Shown: piece after piece, positions 1 to 11,629 of the stretch | Numbering within the stretch: the first letter of the stretch is position 1 | Layout: each line of letters begins with the position of its first letter | Assembly: GCA_963772455.1 (NCBI GenBank) | Contig: CAVYXJ010000012.1 | Coordinates: forward strand, 64,001-128,000 | Length of the DNA stretch: 64,000 nucleotides | Source of the DNA: Candidatus Bathyarchaeota archaeon | GTDB lineage: Archaea > Thermoproteota > Bathyarchaeia > Bathyarchaeales > Bathycorpusculaceae | Direction of reading: 5' to 3' | Program-made: the position numbers and the translations under genes | The notes under the pieces: model-generated | Told to the model about the DNA's origin: nothing | The model's database searches: none | The model's input: the letters and a program-made list of their open reading frames with translations, nothing else

Positions 1-7
1 TAATATT

Positions 8-409
8 TCACGCCAATTTTTTCTTTTTCACCTTGGTTGCGCGGTATAATTCAAGTATTTCCCAAGTGGCGTTGGAAACTTTCAGATTTGAACCAGTAAA
101 ATAGTCTATGTAATTGATTTCGCTACTTGGCTTAGCAATCCCATTGGTTTCCACTAAGAAGACTTCGTGGTTGTCAAATAATGATTCGTATTTAAAAAGA
201 AATCTGCAAGCAACTGTTTCAAGGCTAGTTTCTTCTTTTATTTCTCTGATTGCAGCGGTTTTTTGGCTTTCACCTTTTTCTGCTCCGCCACCGGGCAAAT
301 AAAAAGTCCGATTGTCATGGCTAACAACAAGGATTCCCCTTAAAGTTTCTACTATGGCGGTTCCTCGTCGCCTTTTAGAATCCAGCATATTGCATATTTG
401 GTGCACCAT
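8..409 (-). CDS. Nudix hydrolase
   Basis: Nudix box GGGAEKGESQKTAAIREIKEETSL. Confidence 0.9.
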   Translation of the reverse strand: MVHQICNMLDSKRRRGTAIVETLRGILVVSHDNRTFYLPGGGAEKGESQKTAAIREIKEETSLETVACRFLFKYESLFDNHEVFLVETNGIAKPSSEINYIDYFTGSNLKVSNATWEILELYRATKVKKKKLA

Positions 410-550
410 TTTCTAATAAGCAATACGCTCTATGAATTGCAGGTTCACTTTAGAGATGATTAATACCAAATCTGAAAAATCTAGTTATCTGTATCTAAAG
501 AAGAAAAAAGTTTTTTTTAAGGGAAGAGAAAAACTTCCCTATTATACCGT

Positions 551-2702
551 TTAGATGAGACCCAATAGGTTCATGAAGAGCGGAATGAAAACGATGGACA
601 GCGTGCTTAGCAGTTTTATGAGCACGTGTAGGCTTGGTCCTGCTGTGTCTTTGAGTGGGTCACCGACTGTGTCACCGACAACTGCTGCTGCATGTGCAGG
701 TGAACGTTTGCCGCCGAATTTACCGGATTCAATCAATTTCTTCGCGTTATCCCATGCACCGCCACCTGTGTTCATGAATAGCGCTAGTGGAACTGCTGTA
801 AGTGTGGTTCCGATGACGACTGCACCGACTGCGACAGGTCCTAAGAGGATACCGATGACTATTGGAACTACAACCACTATTACACCTGGAATGACCATAC
901 CTTTGAGTGCTGCTTTGGTGCTGATGTCTACTGCTTTGCCATAGTCTGGTTTACCTGTGCCCTCCATGATGCCGGGGATTTCTTTGAATTGGCGTCTGAC
1001 TTCGTTAACCATTTGTGTGGCTGCTTTGCCGACTGCGCTGATTGCTAGCGAGCTGAACAGGAAGGGTAGCATTGCGCCGATAAAGCCTGCAACAAGTACT
1101 GCTGGCTGGGAAATGTCTACTACTAGGGTCACACCAAGCTTCGCATACACTTCTTCCGCATAGGTCTGGAAGAGTAATTGAGCTGCAAGTAACGCGGATC
1201 CTAAGGCGAAACCTTTGGTTAAGGCTTTAGTTGTGTTACCAACTGCATCTAGGGCTTCCATGGTTTCTATTCCTGTTTTTTCGCCTGCCATCTCTGCGAT
1301 GCCTGCTGCGTTGTCAGCGATTGGACCAAAACCGTCGAGTGCTAAAACCATACCCATGACTGCGAGCATACCCATGGTTGCAAGTGCGGTGCCGTAGACA
1401 CCACCTGTGTAAGCAGGTATACCGACGTTTGTGGCAAATTGTGCGCCTAAGCACGTAGGACACGAGCAGTGAAATTACTAGTGTAATTATTGGAAAAGCG
1501 GTCGTTTCTAATCCGACTGCGAAACCTGTGATGATGTTTGTTGCGCTTCCAGTTTGGCTTGCTGCTGCGATGCTGCCGACTGGTTTTCTGTCACGTCCTG
1601 TGTAGTAGTCTGTGATTTGGTCGATTAGTACGCTTGCAACTAAGCCTGTTAATAGACAACCAAAGATGTAGTACCAGTTACTTCCAAAGAAGGCTATTGA
1701 GGCTATAGCGAACATTATTGCTGATACAATGGTTGCTGCGTTTAGACCTTTGCGTAGAGCCTTCATTGGAGTGTGTACTTCGCTGGCGTTTAGCTTAACA
1801 AATGGCATAGCAATCATTGTTGCGAAGATGCCTAAAGCTCGGACAATCAGTGGGAAGATCAGGAACAATATGTTGCCTGTTGCTGCACTGACGAGTCCAC
1901 CGATAACCATTCCACCGATGTTTTCGCCAACTGCAGATTCGAATAGGTCTGCGCCGCGTCCTGCTGAGTCTCCAACGTTGTCGCCGACGTTATCAGCGAT
2001 GACTGCAGGGTTTCTTGGGTCATCTTCCGGGATGCCTGCTTCAACTTTGCCGACGAGGTCTGCACCTACGTCAGCTGCTTTAGTGTAGATACCCCCGCCT
2101 AACTGAGCGAATAATGCAACTAAAGATGCACCAAAACCCATACCTACTATTGCGCTTGCGGCTGTTGTTCCTGCATTTGCAGGAGGAGCAGTTCCAAATA
2201 AAACATCCCAACCACCATATGCCAAGAAAAGTAAACTTACACTCAACAAAGATAAACCGACCACAGCAAAACCCATAGTTGCGCCACCATAAAACGCCGT
2301 TTGCAGCGCAGCATTAGGACCGTTTTTGCCTGCTGCCACAGTACGCACGTTTGCTTTAGTGGCGTTATCCATGGCGATGTAGCCGGCGGCTAATGAGGCA
2401 ATAGAGCCTATCAGGAAAGCAATCGCCGTGCCAATGCCGAGAGCTACAGCAATCAGTGCAAAGAGCACAATGATGATTGCGCTAATAGTTTTGTATTGAC
2501 GTTTTAGGAACGCATAAGCGCCTTCGCGGATTGCGTTTCCAACTTCAATAGCCTTCGGCGAACCGGGGTCCATTTTATTGATCTTACGCATTAGTAAGAG
2601 GGAGACTAGTATAGCAATTATGCCCGCTATAGGGGCAATCCAAAATACAGATGGATTATCAAGGAATGTTAGGCTTTGTAAGAGTATGAACATATTTATC
2701 AA
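551..2702 (-). CDS. hppA: Membrane-integral H+-translocating pyrophosphatase, K+-independent type; one-base frameshift near 1449 (probable artefact)
   Basis: GGGIYTKAADVGADLVGKVEAGIPEDDPRNPAVIADNVGDNVGD, GNTTKA (Lys at the K+-dependence site) and GDTVGDPLKDTAGPS motifs; ORFs 1314-2702 and 551-1375 join by removing one base of CTTA (1448-1451). Confidence 0.95.
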
Positions 2703-2863
2703 CCGATATCCATATTCCTTATATATTTTTCCAAAAAAATTCTGTTCTTACACATCAAAAATATAAATTTTAAGTCAATAAAACAAATTTTTATTTCGAC
2801 GTTTGGTTGCATTTTTAAGCAAGTCAACACCTATTTCAAATAAGTCTTACCAAAAGGGATTGA

Positions 2864-3994
2864 ATGATGCCTTCAAGATTAATAGTGGTTAAAGTCGGCA
2901 CCAGCGGAATAACAACAGGCGAGGGAAAGCTAGACGAAATAGAAATGGAAAAATTAGCTTGCCAAATAGCTGTCGCGAGTAAACAAGGTGACAAGATAGT
3001 TCTTGTAACTTCAGGTGCAGTTGCAGCTGGAATCGCTGAACTCGAAATCCCTCCCAAACCCAAAGATGTGGCGTTTCAACAAGCAGCCGCGGCCACAGGT
3101 CAGAGCGTACTTATGGCAAAATACCGCGACCTCTTTAAAAAACATAATTTAAAAGTTGCTCAAATTCTACTAACAGCCGAAGACCTCTCTAACAGGGCAT
3201 CATACGTTCACACGTGTGACGTGCTAAGTTTACTTCTCAAAATCGGTGTTATCCCAATAATAAACGAAAACGATGTTGTCTCAGTTGATGAACTCATGAG
3301 GACTGAAGGCTACAAAGTAAACTTCAGTGACAATGACATACTCTCGGTTCTTGTTGCCGGAGCAGTCTGTGCTGATTTAGTGATTATACTCTCTGATGTT
3401 GAAGGATTATTCACTTGTGATCCCTCGGAGCCTGGAGCTAAACTGATAAAAACAGTTGATACAATCACAACAGAATTAAAAAATTCTCTTAATGGCAAAA
3501 GCAAACTTGGAAGAGGAGGAATTCAAAGCAAAATTAAAGCCGCAGAAATCGCTACTTCATGTGGTATCCCAGTTGTTATTGCGAATAGCCGAAGAGAAAA
3601 CGTTATTCACGACATTTTATCAGGTAAAGACATTGGCACATTTTTTAAACCTCAAAGTCGTATGCCCGCTGTAAAACGTTGGATAGCTTACGGTGCAGCT
3701 GTAAAAGGACAAATTCACATTAATGAAGGCGCTAAAAAAGCCATTTTGGAAGGCTCCAGCCTATTACCCGTTGGAGTTTTAAGAGTAGTTGGGAACTTTA
3801 ACGTTGGCGACGTTGTAAGCGTTGTAGATGAAAACAATATTGCGTTTGCAAAGGGAAACCCAAACTTCACCAGCGGAGAATTAAACCTAATTAAAGGCTT
3901 ACAAGTAACAGAAGTACACAAAAAACTTGGCAATGAAAAATCTAAAGAAGTTATCGAGCACCGAAATATACATTTATGCGAGGTAGAAAAATGA
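2864..3994 (+). CDS. proB: Glutamate 5-kinase with PUA domain
   Basis: VVKVGTS, VTSGAVAAG, PIINEND, FSDND, GRGGIQSKI; C-terminal PUA domain; ATGA overlap with proA. Confidence 0.95.
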   Translation: MMPSRLIVVKVGTSGITTGEGKLDEIEMEKLACQIAVASKQGDKIVLVTSGAVAAGIAELEIPPKPKDVAFQQAAAATGQSVLMAKYRDLFKKHNLKVAQILLTAEDLSNRASYVHTCDVLSLLLKIGVIPIINENDVVSVDELMRTEGYKVNFSDNDILSVLVAGAVCADLVIILSDVEGLFTCDPSEPGAKLIKTVDTITTELKNSLNGKSKLGRGGIQSKIKAAEIATSCGIPVVIANSRRENVIHDILSGKDIGTFFKPQSRMPAVKRWIAYGAAVKGQIHINEGAKKAILEGSSLLPVGVLRVVGNFNVGDVVSVVDENNIAFAKGNPNFTSGELNLIKGLQVTEVHKKLGNEKSKEVIEHRNIHLCEVEK

Positions 3995-5234
3995 TCAAAG
4001 AAATATGCCTGAAAGCCAAAATTGCTTCTGTTGAGATGGCAAAGCTCTCTGCAGAAGCTAAAAGCGCTGCAATTTGCAAGATGGCAGACGCGCTTGAAGC
4101 TAATGTTGAAAAGATTTTGATTGCAAACAAAAAGGACGTAAAAGCCGCCAAAGCCAAAGGTCTCAAAAACGCTTTACTTGACCGATTAGCGTTGGACCAA
4201 AAGAAAATTCAGACTATGGCTAAAGAACTAAGAGAAGTCTCGGCGCTCCCTGATCCTATTGGTGCAATCCTTCAGTAGTTGGACACGCCCAAACGGTTTG
4301 ATAATAAGTCAAGTACGTGTTCCACTAGGCGTCGTCGGCATAATCTATGAATCACGACCCAATGTTACCGCGGATTCTTCGGGAATCTGCATCAAATCGG
4401 GCAACGCAGTTATACTTCGTGGAGGATCAGATGCGTTGAATTCCAATATAGCCATCGGCGAAGTTTTGCGTGAATCATTGATTGGAACAGATGTGCCCAT
4501 TGATGCAGTTCAAGTGATTAATTCTCCTGATCGCAAAATTGCTGAAGAATTGATGGGCATGCGTGAATACATTGATGTTTTGATTCCTCGGGGTGGAGCT
4601 GACTTAATTAAGACAGTGGTAGAAAAGTCACGAATTCCAGTAATTGAAACAGGAACAGGCAATTGCCACATCTACGTTGAAGAAGACGCAGACCTCGAAA
4701 AAGCAACCCCCATTGTAATAAACGCAAAGGTCCAAAGACCAGGAACTTGCAACGCTGCCGAGAAGCTATTAGTTCACAGCAAAATCGCAAAAAGCTACCT
4801 ACCAATCGTGATTTCTGAGCTTCGAAAAAACGGTGTAGAAATTCGAGGCGACAAAGAAACATGCAAGATAGTTCCTGACGTAAAAGAAGCAACCGAAGCA
4901 TGACTGGAAAACTGAATACTTAGACCTAATAATAGGAATTAAAGTGGTGAAAAACTTAGATGAAGCTATCGTGCACATCAATAAGTACGGCACAAAACAT
5001 TCTGACAGCATCCTAACTAGAGACTTCGACAAAGCAATGAAGTTCATAAAAGAAATTGATTCAGCAGCAGTTTACTGGAACGCTTCGACGCGCTTCACTG
5101 ATGGTAACCAGTTTGGACTTGGTGCAGAAATCGGAATAAGCACCCAAAAACTACATGCTCGAGGACCTATGAGCGTGCAACATTTAACGACAACAAAATA
5201 CGTGATTATAGGCGATGGCCAGATTCGAAAATAA
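3991..5234 (+). CDS. proA: Gamma-glutamyl phosphate reductase; two +1 frameshifts near 4273 and 4901 (probable artefacts)
   Basis: [49 protein letters not shown] spread over three consecutive ORF pieces. Confidence 0.93.
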
Positions 5235-5360
5235 TTTTTTTCCTTAAATATTTGTTAGATTTTGAGTTGCATAGTTACTTTTATTTTTAGGCTAAAAGAA
5301 AAAGGGTTAACTTACTTATCTGCCGCCACTTTTTGAAAAATCAAGAAGAGTTGGTTTGTT

Positions 5361-6881
5361 TTATATCGATGGTATTAACGAAGATAGTTGTTGCGATGCA
5401 GGATGAATTAGTTGAAGGACTAAGTCTGGGAATAAGCCTAAGATAAAGATTGCAGCGACGAGTATGAAGACTGGGATGAGTATTCGATAGGATTCTTTTA
5501 TACGAGTTTCATCCGTGGCTTTCTTTCCATACATGGTGTTCATTAGTCTGAAGATGTAAGCTGTTTGTAGTACGCTAGTTAAGACTCCTATTATTGCTAA
5601 CCAGCTCAGGTTTGCTTGCAGTGCAGCGGTGAAGACGAGGTATTTGCCTATGAATCCCCCAAGTGGTGGGACACCAGCGAATGATAAGCCCGCAATTACT
5701 AAAGCTATACTTACCAAGGGTGCTTTCTTGCCGAATCCAGCGAAGTCTTTGAGAGTTTTTATGCCGTAACGGTTTATGATGCCTATTGTCATGAAGGCTA
5801 AAGCAGTGGTTAATCCTCCGATGAGGAAGAAGTAAAGGTTGCCTTCGAGACCAAGAGATTTAATGCTTGTTATAGCCACAAGGTTGTAGCCAACATCTGC
5901 AACACAGATGTATGCGATTAAACGTTTCACATCATTTTGAATTAAGGCAAAGATGTTTCCAACTACCATCGTGATTGCTGCGAGGATAGCTAACATGAGG
6001 GTCCAATCTAAAACTTGGTTTGGACCCGTTGGAATTATTATAAAGAGAAGTATTCGGATAACGATGTAATAGCTGCCTTGGTCAACTAATGCCGAGAGGA
6101 ATGCAGCTGAAGGTGCTGGAGCTGCGGTGTATGCATCTGGTAGCCAAAAGTGGAATGGAACAATTGCTGCTTCAATAGCGTATCCAGCTGCAACGAAGAC
6201 GAATGCTATTATGAGCAAGTTCATGTTAGATGCCACATTTGTGGCGTTCAAAGCTTCTCGGACTGCTGTGTAATTTAAGCTGCCTGTTAAGCCGTAAATG
6301 ATGGACATGCCAAATAATACGAATGCTGATGCGATGATGACCATTACTAAGAATTTCAGGGTTGCGTTGAGGCTAAAAGCGTTTTTGCGATACATCATCA
6401 GGAATGCTGCAGATGCGGTTGCTGCTTCCCAGAATATGAAGAATGTTAAGAGGTCGCCTGAAAGAACTGCACCAAGTAAGGCTGCTGTTAGGATGAGCAT
6501 TATAGCAAAGTATCGATCTGATGGACGCTCGTTTGAGTCAACGAAAAATACGCTGTAAACTATGACTACAGCGCTGATTCCAATAATAATTATTGCCATG
6601 TAAATTGAAATGGCGTCTATCAGGAAGGAGCTTGAAACTGCCGAAGATACACTTCCGTCGAGTGCTAAATTTAGCGGAAGTGGATTGGCAGTACTATAAT
6701 AGGTTAATGCCAAGTTAGCGACGGTTGCGCCAGCGATCAAGAAGACAATTAAGAACCAGCCTAATGTGTAGGCGGTCTTGTGGTTTTGGTGTTTTCTAAT
6801 TATCTTGAATACTGGAATGGTCAATAAAGCTGCGATAACAAGAGTAAATATCGGCAATATTACATCTAATATTTGTACCAT
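5361..6881 (-). CDS. NuoN/FpoN-like antiporter subunit of the hydrogenase complex
   Basis: Highly hydrophobic; FIFWE, PFHFWLPDAY, KRLIAY, AGVPPLGGFIGK; last gene of the operon. Confidence 0.88.
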   Translation of the reverse strand: MVQILDVILPIFTLVIAALLTIPVFKIIRKHQNHKTAYTLGWFLIVFLIAGATVANLALTYYSTANPLPLNLALDGSVSSAVSSSFLIDAISIYMAIIIIGISAVVIVYSVFFVDSNERPSDRYFAIMLILTAALLGAVLSGDLLTFFIFWEAATASAAFLMMYRKNAFSLNATLKFLVMVIIASAFVLFGMSIIYGLTGSLNYTAVREALNATNVASNMNLLIIAFVFVAAGYAIEAAIVPFHFWLPDAYTAAPAPSAAFLSALVDQGSYYIVIRILLFIIIPTGPNQVLDWTLMLAILAAITMVVGNIFALIQNDVKRLIAYICVADVGYNLVAITSIKSLGLEGNLYFFLIGGLTTALAFMTIGIINRYGIKTLKDFAGFGKKAPLVSIALVIAGLSFAGVPPLGGFIGKYLVFTAALQANLSWLAIIGVLTSVLQTAYIFRLMNTMYGKKATDETRIKESYRILIPVFILVAAIFILGLFPDLVLQLIHPASQQLSSLIPSI

Positions 6882-6897
6882 CAGTTTTCACCTTCTC

Positions 6898-8464
6898 CTA
6901 TCCAAATGTCACCGTTTGTATTAGATTCATGAAGAACGTCGGGTAGATTCCAATTAGAACAACCAGAACAACCAGAATTGCCAATGCAACTTTCATATAT
7001 ATGGGAACATCGACTATTCTGTGTTTTTCATGTCCTTCTTCTCCAACGCTGTGTTCGTCCATTGGTTGTCCAAGAAAAACTTTTGAAATAAATCTCAATG
7101 CATAAGCCAACGAGAAAACCGTCGCAATAAGCATAAGAGCTGTGGGTATAATGTAAAAACTGCTAAGGCCACCAGTTGAATTGATAATCTGGATTGCGCC
7201 GACGAATATGAGAAACTCACTGATGAAACATGCTAATGGAGGAGCTCCAGCAATGCTCAAAGCAGCTATAGTTCCTGAGACAGTTGAGAATGGCATCTTG
7301 CCAGCTAAGCCACCCATTTTGCGAATGTCTCGCTCTTCGGTTTGATGCATAATTCCTCCAGCCGTAAGGAAGAAGAGACCTTTGCTCGCAGCATGAGTAA
7401 CGATATGCAAGACCGTGCCCACGATTGCCGTGGCTGAAACAAGGAGAACTGCTGTTCCTCCAGCTAAACTTACTGGAAACAGCGAAAGCCCAAACATTAT
7501 GTAACCCATGTGGGCGATGCTCGAGTATGCAATAAGGCGTTTTATGTCAGTTGCTACCAACGCGAGGAATGAACCGAAAAACGCTGTTATTACACCTATA
7601 ATTGATAATACTTGAAGGAAACCTGTTCCGAACTCTATTCCGACTGCCGGGAAAACAATCCCGAAAGATAACCTTAAGATGGCGTAAGCTCCGGCGCTGA
7701 TGATAACTCCGCTTAATAGTGCAGACATTGGTGCAGGGGCTTCTGAGTGCGCATCGGGCAGCCACATATGCACTGGGAAAACAGCCATTTTCACTGCGAA
7801 TCCAGCTGTAAGGGCGATTATTATCCATTTAGCAATGACGTCTGGGAAAGCAGTCAATTAGGGCTGCTTGGGCTTGGAACATATCTGTTGTCTGGTTAAG
7901 TAATAGATTGCTCCGATTCCTAAGAGCACAAAGACTGCGCCTGCATGGGTAAATATGAATAGTTTGAAGGCGGATTTGTATGAGTTTCTGTATCCCCATT
8001 CGCCCACTATGAAGTAAGCTGGAACAAGCATGAGTTCCCAACAGAAATAGAATAGAAGCAAATTAGATGTTAAGAAGACTCCAACTAAACCTACGGAGAG
8101 CATGCATAAGAGGGCATAGTATGATGGAAGGTTCTTTTTTCCAGCCATGTAATTAACTGAGAAGAGCGCAGCTACGAAGATTAAGACTAAACTGATGAGG
8201 GCAACGGAAGCGCTAATTCCATCAAGAAAAAGCGAAAATTGCGTATTGTTCAATGTTGGAATCCATAGTATAAGATTCCGTGTATACGTGCGTTGCACCA
8301 TAGAGAATCGTTGGAACAGTCGATAAGACCAAAGAGATGTTAATCAATGCGATCAAAGCAACAAAGAAGGCTGCGGCTTTAGGTGATTTCTTTCCAGCTA
8401 AGTAAACGAAAGGTATGCTTATGGATGGGATTGCAAATACAGCTAAAAGAATTGGTAGTGTCAT
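6898..8464 (-). CDS. NuoM/FpoM-like antiporter subunit; frameshifts near 8266, 7895 and 7857 (probable artefacts)
   Basis: LDGIS, FYFCWELMLVPAY, KMAVFPVHMWLPDAHSEAP, KRLIAYSSIAHMG across overlapping ORF pieces. Confidence 0.88.
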
Positions 8465-8468
8465 TTTC

Positions 8469-10397
8469 TTACACCCTTATTCCTACAGTTAATATTATCA
8501 GCACAACGATCAAGATGAATCCAAGCACTGCTGCCGCAACATAATTTCTAAATGAATCTGAAGGTCCTTGCTTCAATGTTGTAGCGTGTCCTGGTTCTGC
8601 AGCTTCGCTAACTTGCGTGCCTGCTGAATCGGGGTATCTACCGAAGAGGGAATTTTCTATCCTTGTAAGACCGCCTGAGAAACGTTCTATTCCTTTTGAT
8701 ACAGCGCCATAGAAATCGTCGAAGAAGTAAGCGTGCTTAAGCATGGTCACTATTGGGTTTTTGCTTGCTGCAAAGTTTCTGATGCCTTTGAAGCCCTTGT
8801 AGTATGAATAGTATGCGAGTAATCCTGTGGGTATAAGCAAACCAAGGAAGATTGGAGTCTCAATGTTTAGGAATGCTCCTACCAAGCCTTCAGTTAAGTT
8901 TACATGCATGAAACTGGCGACCAATGGCTCAGATAAGCCCCAAACAATGCAGAAACCAGCTAGAATTGCTGCTGGAATGAGCATAACTTTGGGTGCTTCA
9001 TGAACATGCTGTTTCTCTAAGTGTTCAGATTTGTTACCCATAAAGGTCAAGCTAAACATGCGCACAACATATGCGAATGTTATAGCCGTAGTTGCATAAA
9101 GCAAAATTGTTTGTATAAGATTACCTGTGTCGGTTATGCTGGTAATGATTAATCCTTTGCTGAAGAAGGCGGCGAAAGGAGGCAAACCGCTTGTAGTAAT
9201 AATCATTATTGCCATTAAGATAAATGAAATTGGCATCATTTTTCGCAAGCCACCCATCAGCCGCATGTCTCTTGTTCCGATTGCATGGATGATTCCTCCT
9301 GCCAATAAGAATCCTAGACCTTCAAAGAAGGCATGGCTAACCATGTGGAATAAACTTGCAAACCAACCAACAGATGCTGCTCCTTCAACTGCTGCGCCTA
9401 ATCCAGCCATCATGAAGCCGATTTGACTAACGGTTGAATATGCAAGCACTCCTTTGATGTCGGTGGTTGTTAAGGCAAGTGTTGCGCCCACTAATGCGGT
9501 TAAGACACCTATCCAAGATATTGTGGCAAACCAGAACTGGTCACCAAGAGCTGTGATTAAACCGGGTGCTACAGAGAATATTAGGATAAACCTTGCAAGA
9601 AGGTAGACACCTGCTTTAACCATCGTTGCAGCGTGTAAGAGAGCACTGACGGATGTAGGTGCTTCCATAGCACTATACAGCCAAGTGAATAACGGAAGTT
9701 GAGCCGACTTTGCAATGGCACCACCTAAAACTAAGAACGCCACAGCAACCAAGAGACTAGTGTTCAGTGTATTTGCTGCAGCTGCCTCTTGTATTCCAGT
9801 TATTACGCCGTGGAAACTGAAGGTATTAAACATCATGTATAGGATACCGATGGCGGCGAGTAATGCTATGTCGCCAATGCGAGTCATTATAAAAACTTTG
9901 ACACCTGCTTTGATTGATTCAGGTTTTTTATACCAGAAAGAAATCAATGCATACGAGCATAAGCCTACCATTTCCCAAAAGATGAACATCTGGAGCATAT
10001 TATCGGATATTACTAGACCGATCATTGAACCGATGAAGAGCAAGATGAGGTAATAGTACCGTGTTAAGCCTTCTTCACCTTTCATATAACCTATTGAATA
10101 TACTGCGATGATCAAGGCGAAGAAAGAAACAAGGCATGTGAATAGAACGCTTAGTGGGTCAATGTATACTCCTGCTTGGAGTCCTGGAATCCAATCTACA
10201 GTGAAACTTGTGGCTGCTCCGTTGCCTAACCAAACACTTGGCACCAATGATAATGCCAAAATCGCCGTGACCGCGGCTATGGCAACAACAAAGTAGTTTC
10301 GAGCTTTATCACTATATTTACCGATGACTGGTACGAATAAGCTGGCTATTAGTGGAAGGACCCAAACAAACCATGCTGAGAATTCTTCAAGAATCAT
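8469..10397 (-). CDS. NuoL/FpoL-like antiporter subunit
   Basis: FIFWEMVGLCSYALI, TRIGD, AKSAQLPLFTWLYSAMEAPTSVSALLHAATMVKAG. Confidence 0.92.
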   Translation of the reverse strand: MILEEFSAWFVWVLPLIASLFVPVIGKYSDKARNYFVVAIAAVTAILALSLVPSVWLGNGAATSFTVDWIPGLQAGVYIDPLSVLFTCLVSFFALIIAVYSIGYMKGEEGLTRYYYLILLFIGSMIGLVISDNMLQMFIFWEMVGLCSYALISFWYKKPESIKAGVKVFIMTRIGDIALLAAIGILYMMFNTFSFHGVITGIQEAAAANTLNTSLLVAVAFLVLGGAIAKSAQLPLFTWLYSAMEAPTSVSALLHAATMVKAGVYLLARFILIFSVAPGLITALGDQFWFATISWIGVLTALVGATLALTTTDIKGVLAYSTVSQIGFMMAGLGAAVEGAASVGWFASLFHMVSHAFFEGLGFLLAGGIIHAIGTRDMRLMGGLRKMMPISFILMAIMIITTSGLPPFAAFFSKGLIITSITDTGNLIQTILLYATTAITFAYVVRMFSLTFMGNKSEHLEKQHVHEAPKVMLIPAAILAGFCIVWGLSEPLVASFMHVNLTEGLVGAFLNIETPIFLGLLIPTGLLAYYSYYKGFKGIRNFAASKNPIVTMLKHAYFFDDFYGAVSKGIERFSGGLTRIENSLFGRYPDSAGTQVSEAAEPGHATTLKQGPSDSFRNYVAAAVLGFILIVVLIILTVGIRV

Positions 10398-10714
10398 TGC
10401 ACTTCATCCTCGCTTTCGCCTTTATCTTTCAAAATCTGTATTATTTTGCCCATGTCGCTTGTGCCATACTTTTTGGATACAATGACAAGTAACGCTAAGA
10501 TTACTCCGCTTACGGCGGTATCTGTTGAGAATGCTAAGATTAAGAATGCTTGTCCTAAACCTACACCCATCGAAGAAGCAAGCATAACAAAATTCAATGT
10601 GGCTGCTGTAGCGATTAATTCAACGGATATGAAGACTTTCAAGAGTTGGCGATTGGTGAGCAATCCGTAGATTCCGATTGCTAGCATAACAAGTGATAAA
10701 ATAACAAAGTCCAT
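10394..10714 (-). CDS. NuoK-like membrane subunit
   Basis: Three TM helices, IGIYGLL...ISVELI; operon position. Confidence 0.85.
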   Translation of the reverse strand: MDFVILSLVMLAIGIYGLLTNRQLLKVFISVELIATAATLNFVMLASSMGVGLGQAFLILAFSTDTAVSGVILALLVIVSKKYGTSDMGKIIQILKDKGESEDEVQ

Positions 10715-11178
10715 TATTGACCACCCTTTTTCTTCTTCTCATACAAGACTACAGCTATTCCAAGCGCCACCGTCAAAATAACTATACCTTGCAAAACAAC
10801 ATCTAAGCCTCTTACATTCCATAAAGCGTCGCCGAAATCGAGGTTAGAAGTTGTGCCGGTTGAACCGGAAACAGAGAGGAAAATTGCTGGTAATGATAAG
10901 ATTGCTCCAGCACCAATCAAAGCGCCGGTGCGTTTTGGAGAAGCTTTCTTTTTCGGTTTATCCCCTAACATTTCTCCTGATAAGAATAATATTGCTAATG
11001 TGCCAACACCAACGGCAAGTTGAAAAACAGCTGCAAATATTGCACCGTTTGCCACGTAGATTAATGCGACAAAAAAGAAGGTTGCTGATAGTGCAGCAAC
11101 GGCGTAGATTACTTCATCAAGGAAAAGAGCCAATACGGCAGAAATTATTAATCCTACTGCAAGAATTTCAAAGATCAC
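10714..11178 (-). CDS. NuoJ-like membrane subunit
   Basis: Five TM helices, AIFAAVFQLAV; lies between I and K. Confidence 0.82.
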   Translation of the reverse strand: MIFEILAVGLIISAVLALFLDEVIYAVAALSATFFFVALIYVANGAIFAAVFQLAVGVGTLAILFLSGEMLGDKPKKKASPKRTGALIGAGAILSLPAIFLSVSGSTGTTSNLDFGDALWNVRGLDVVLQGIVILTVALGIAVVLYEKKKKGGQ

Positions 11179-11181
11179 TAT

Positions 11182-11625
11182 TTAGGCCTCCGTTGGTTTC
11201 AAGTTTGAATGTGGCTTTTGGATTAATGCACATTTGTCTGTTGTCGCCATTTCATAGAAAACCGAGCTTTTAATTGCACCTCTGGGACAACTTTCAACAC
11301 ATTGGTGGCAGAAAATGCATTTATCGAAACGAATTTGTGGCCTTCTTTTGCCTTCCACTTCAACGATTTCAATTGCACCAGCAGGACAATCTCGAACACA
11401 GACTTTACAATTAGAGCCAACAATTGAACTTACATCCAAAGTTAACCCTTTCTTGCCCGTTCCAATATCGATTACGTTGCAAGCTTCAATCGTGTAAACT
11501 GTCTTGCATCTAGCGTCATCAGGAAGTACAGGTTTCACAAAAGGATACTTCGTAGTTGCTGGCTTAGTGAATATGTGTGATGCTACCCGTTTGAATATTG
11601 GAGATATGCGTGATTTTTTGACCAT
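11182..11625 (-). CDS. NuoI-like 2x[4Fe-4S] subunit
   Basis: TTKYPF N-terminus, C-x23-CKVCVRDCP and CIFCHQCVESCP. Confidence 0.9.
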   Translation of the reverse strand: MVKKSRISPIFKRVASHIFTKPATTKYPFVKPVLPDDARCKTVYTIEACNVIDIGTGKKGLTLDVSSIVGSNCKVCVRDCPAGAIEIVEVEGKRRPQIRFDKCIFCHQCVESCPRGAIKSSVFYEMATTDKCALIQKPHSNLKPTEA

Positions 11626-11629
11626 CTTG

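Noticed and set aside
555-2088. Plus-strand ORFs opposite hppA, and similar shadow ORFs throughout the window
   Set aside because: Antisense shadows of well-supported genes
4276-4903. TAG/TGA readthrough (Pyl/Sec or alternative code) in proA
   Set aside because: The protein continues in a different frame, not in frame
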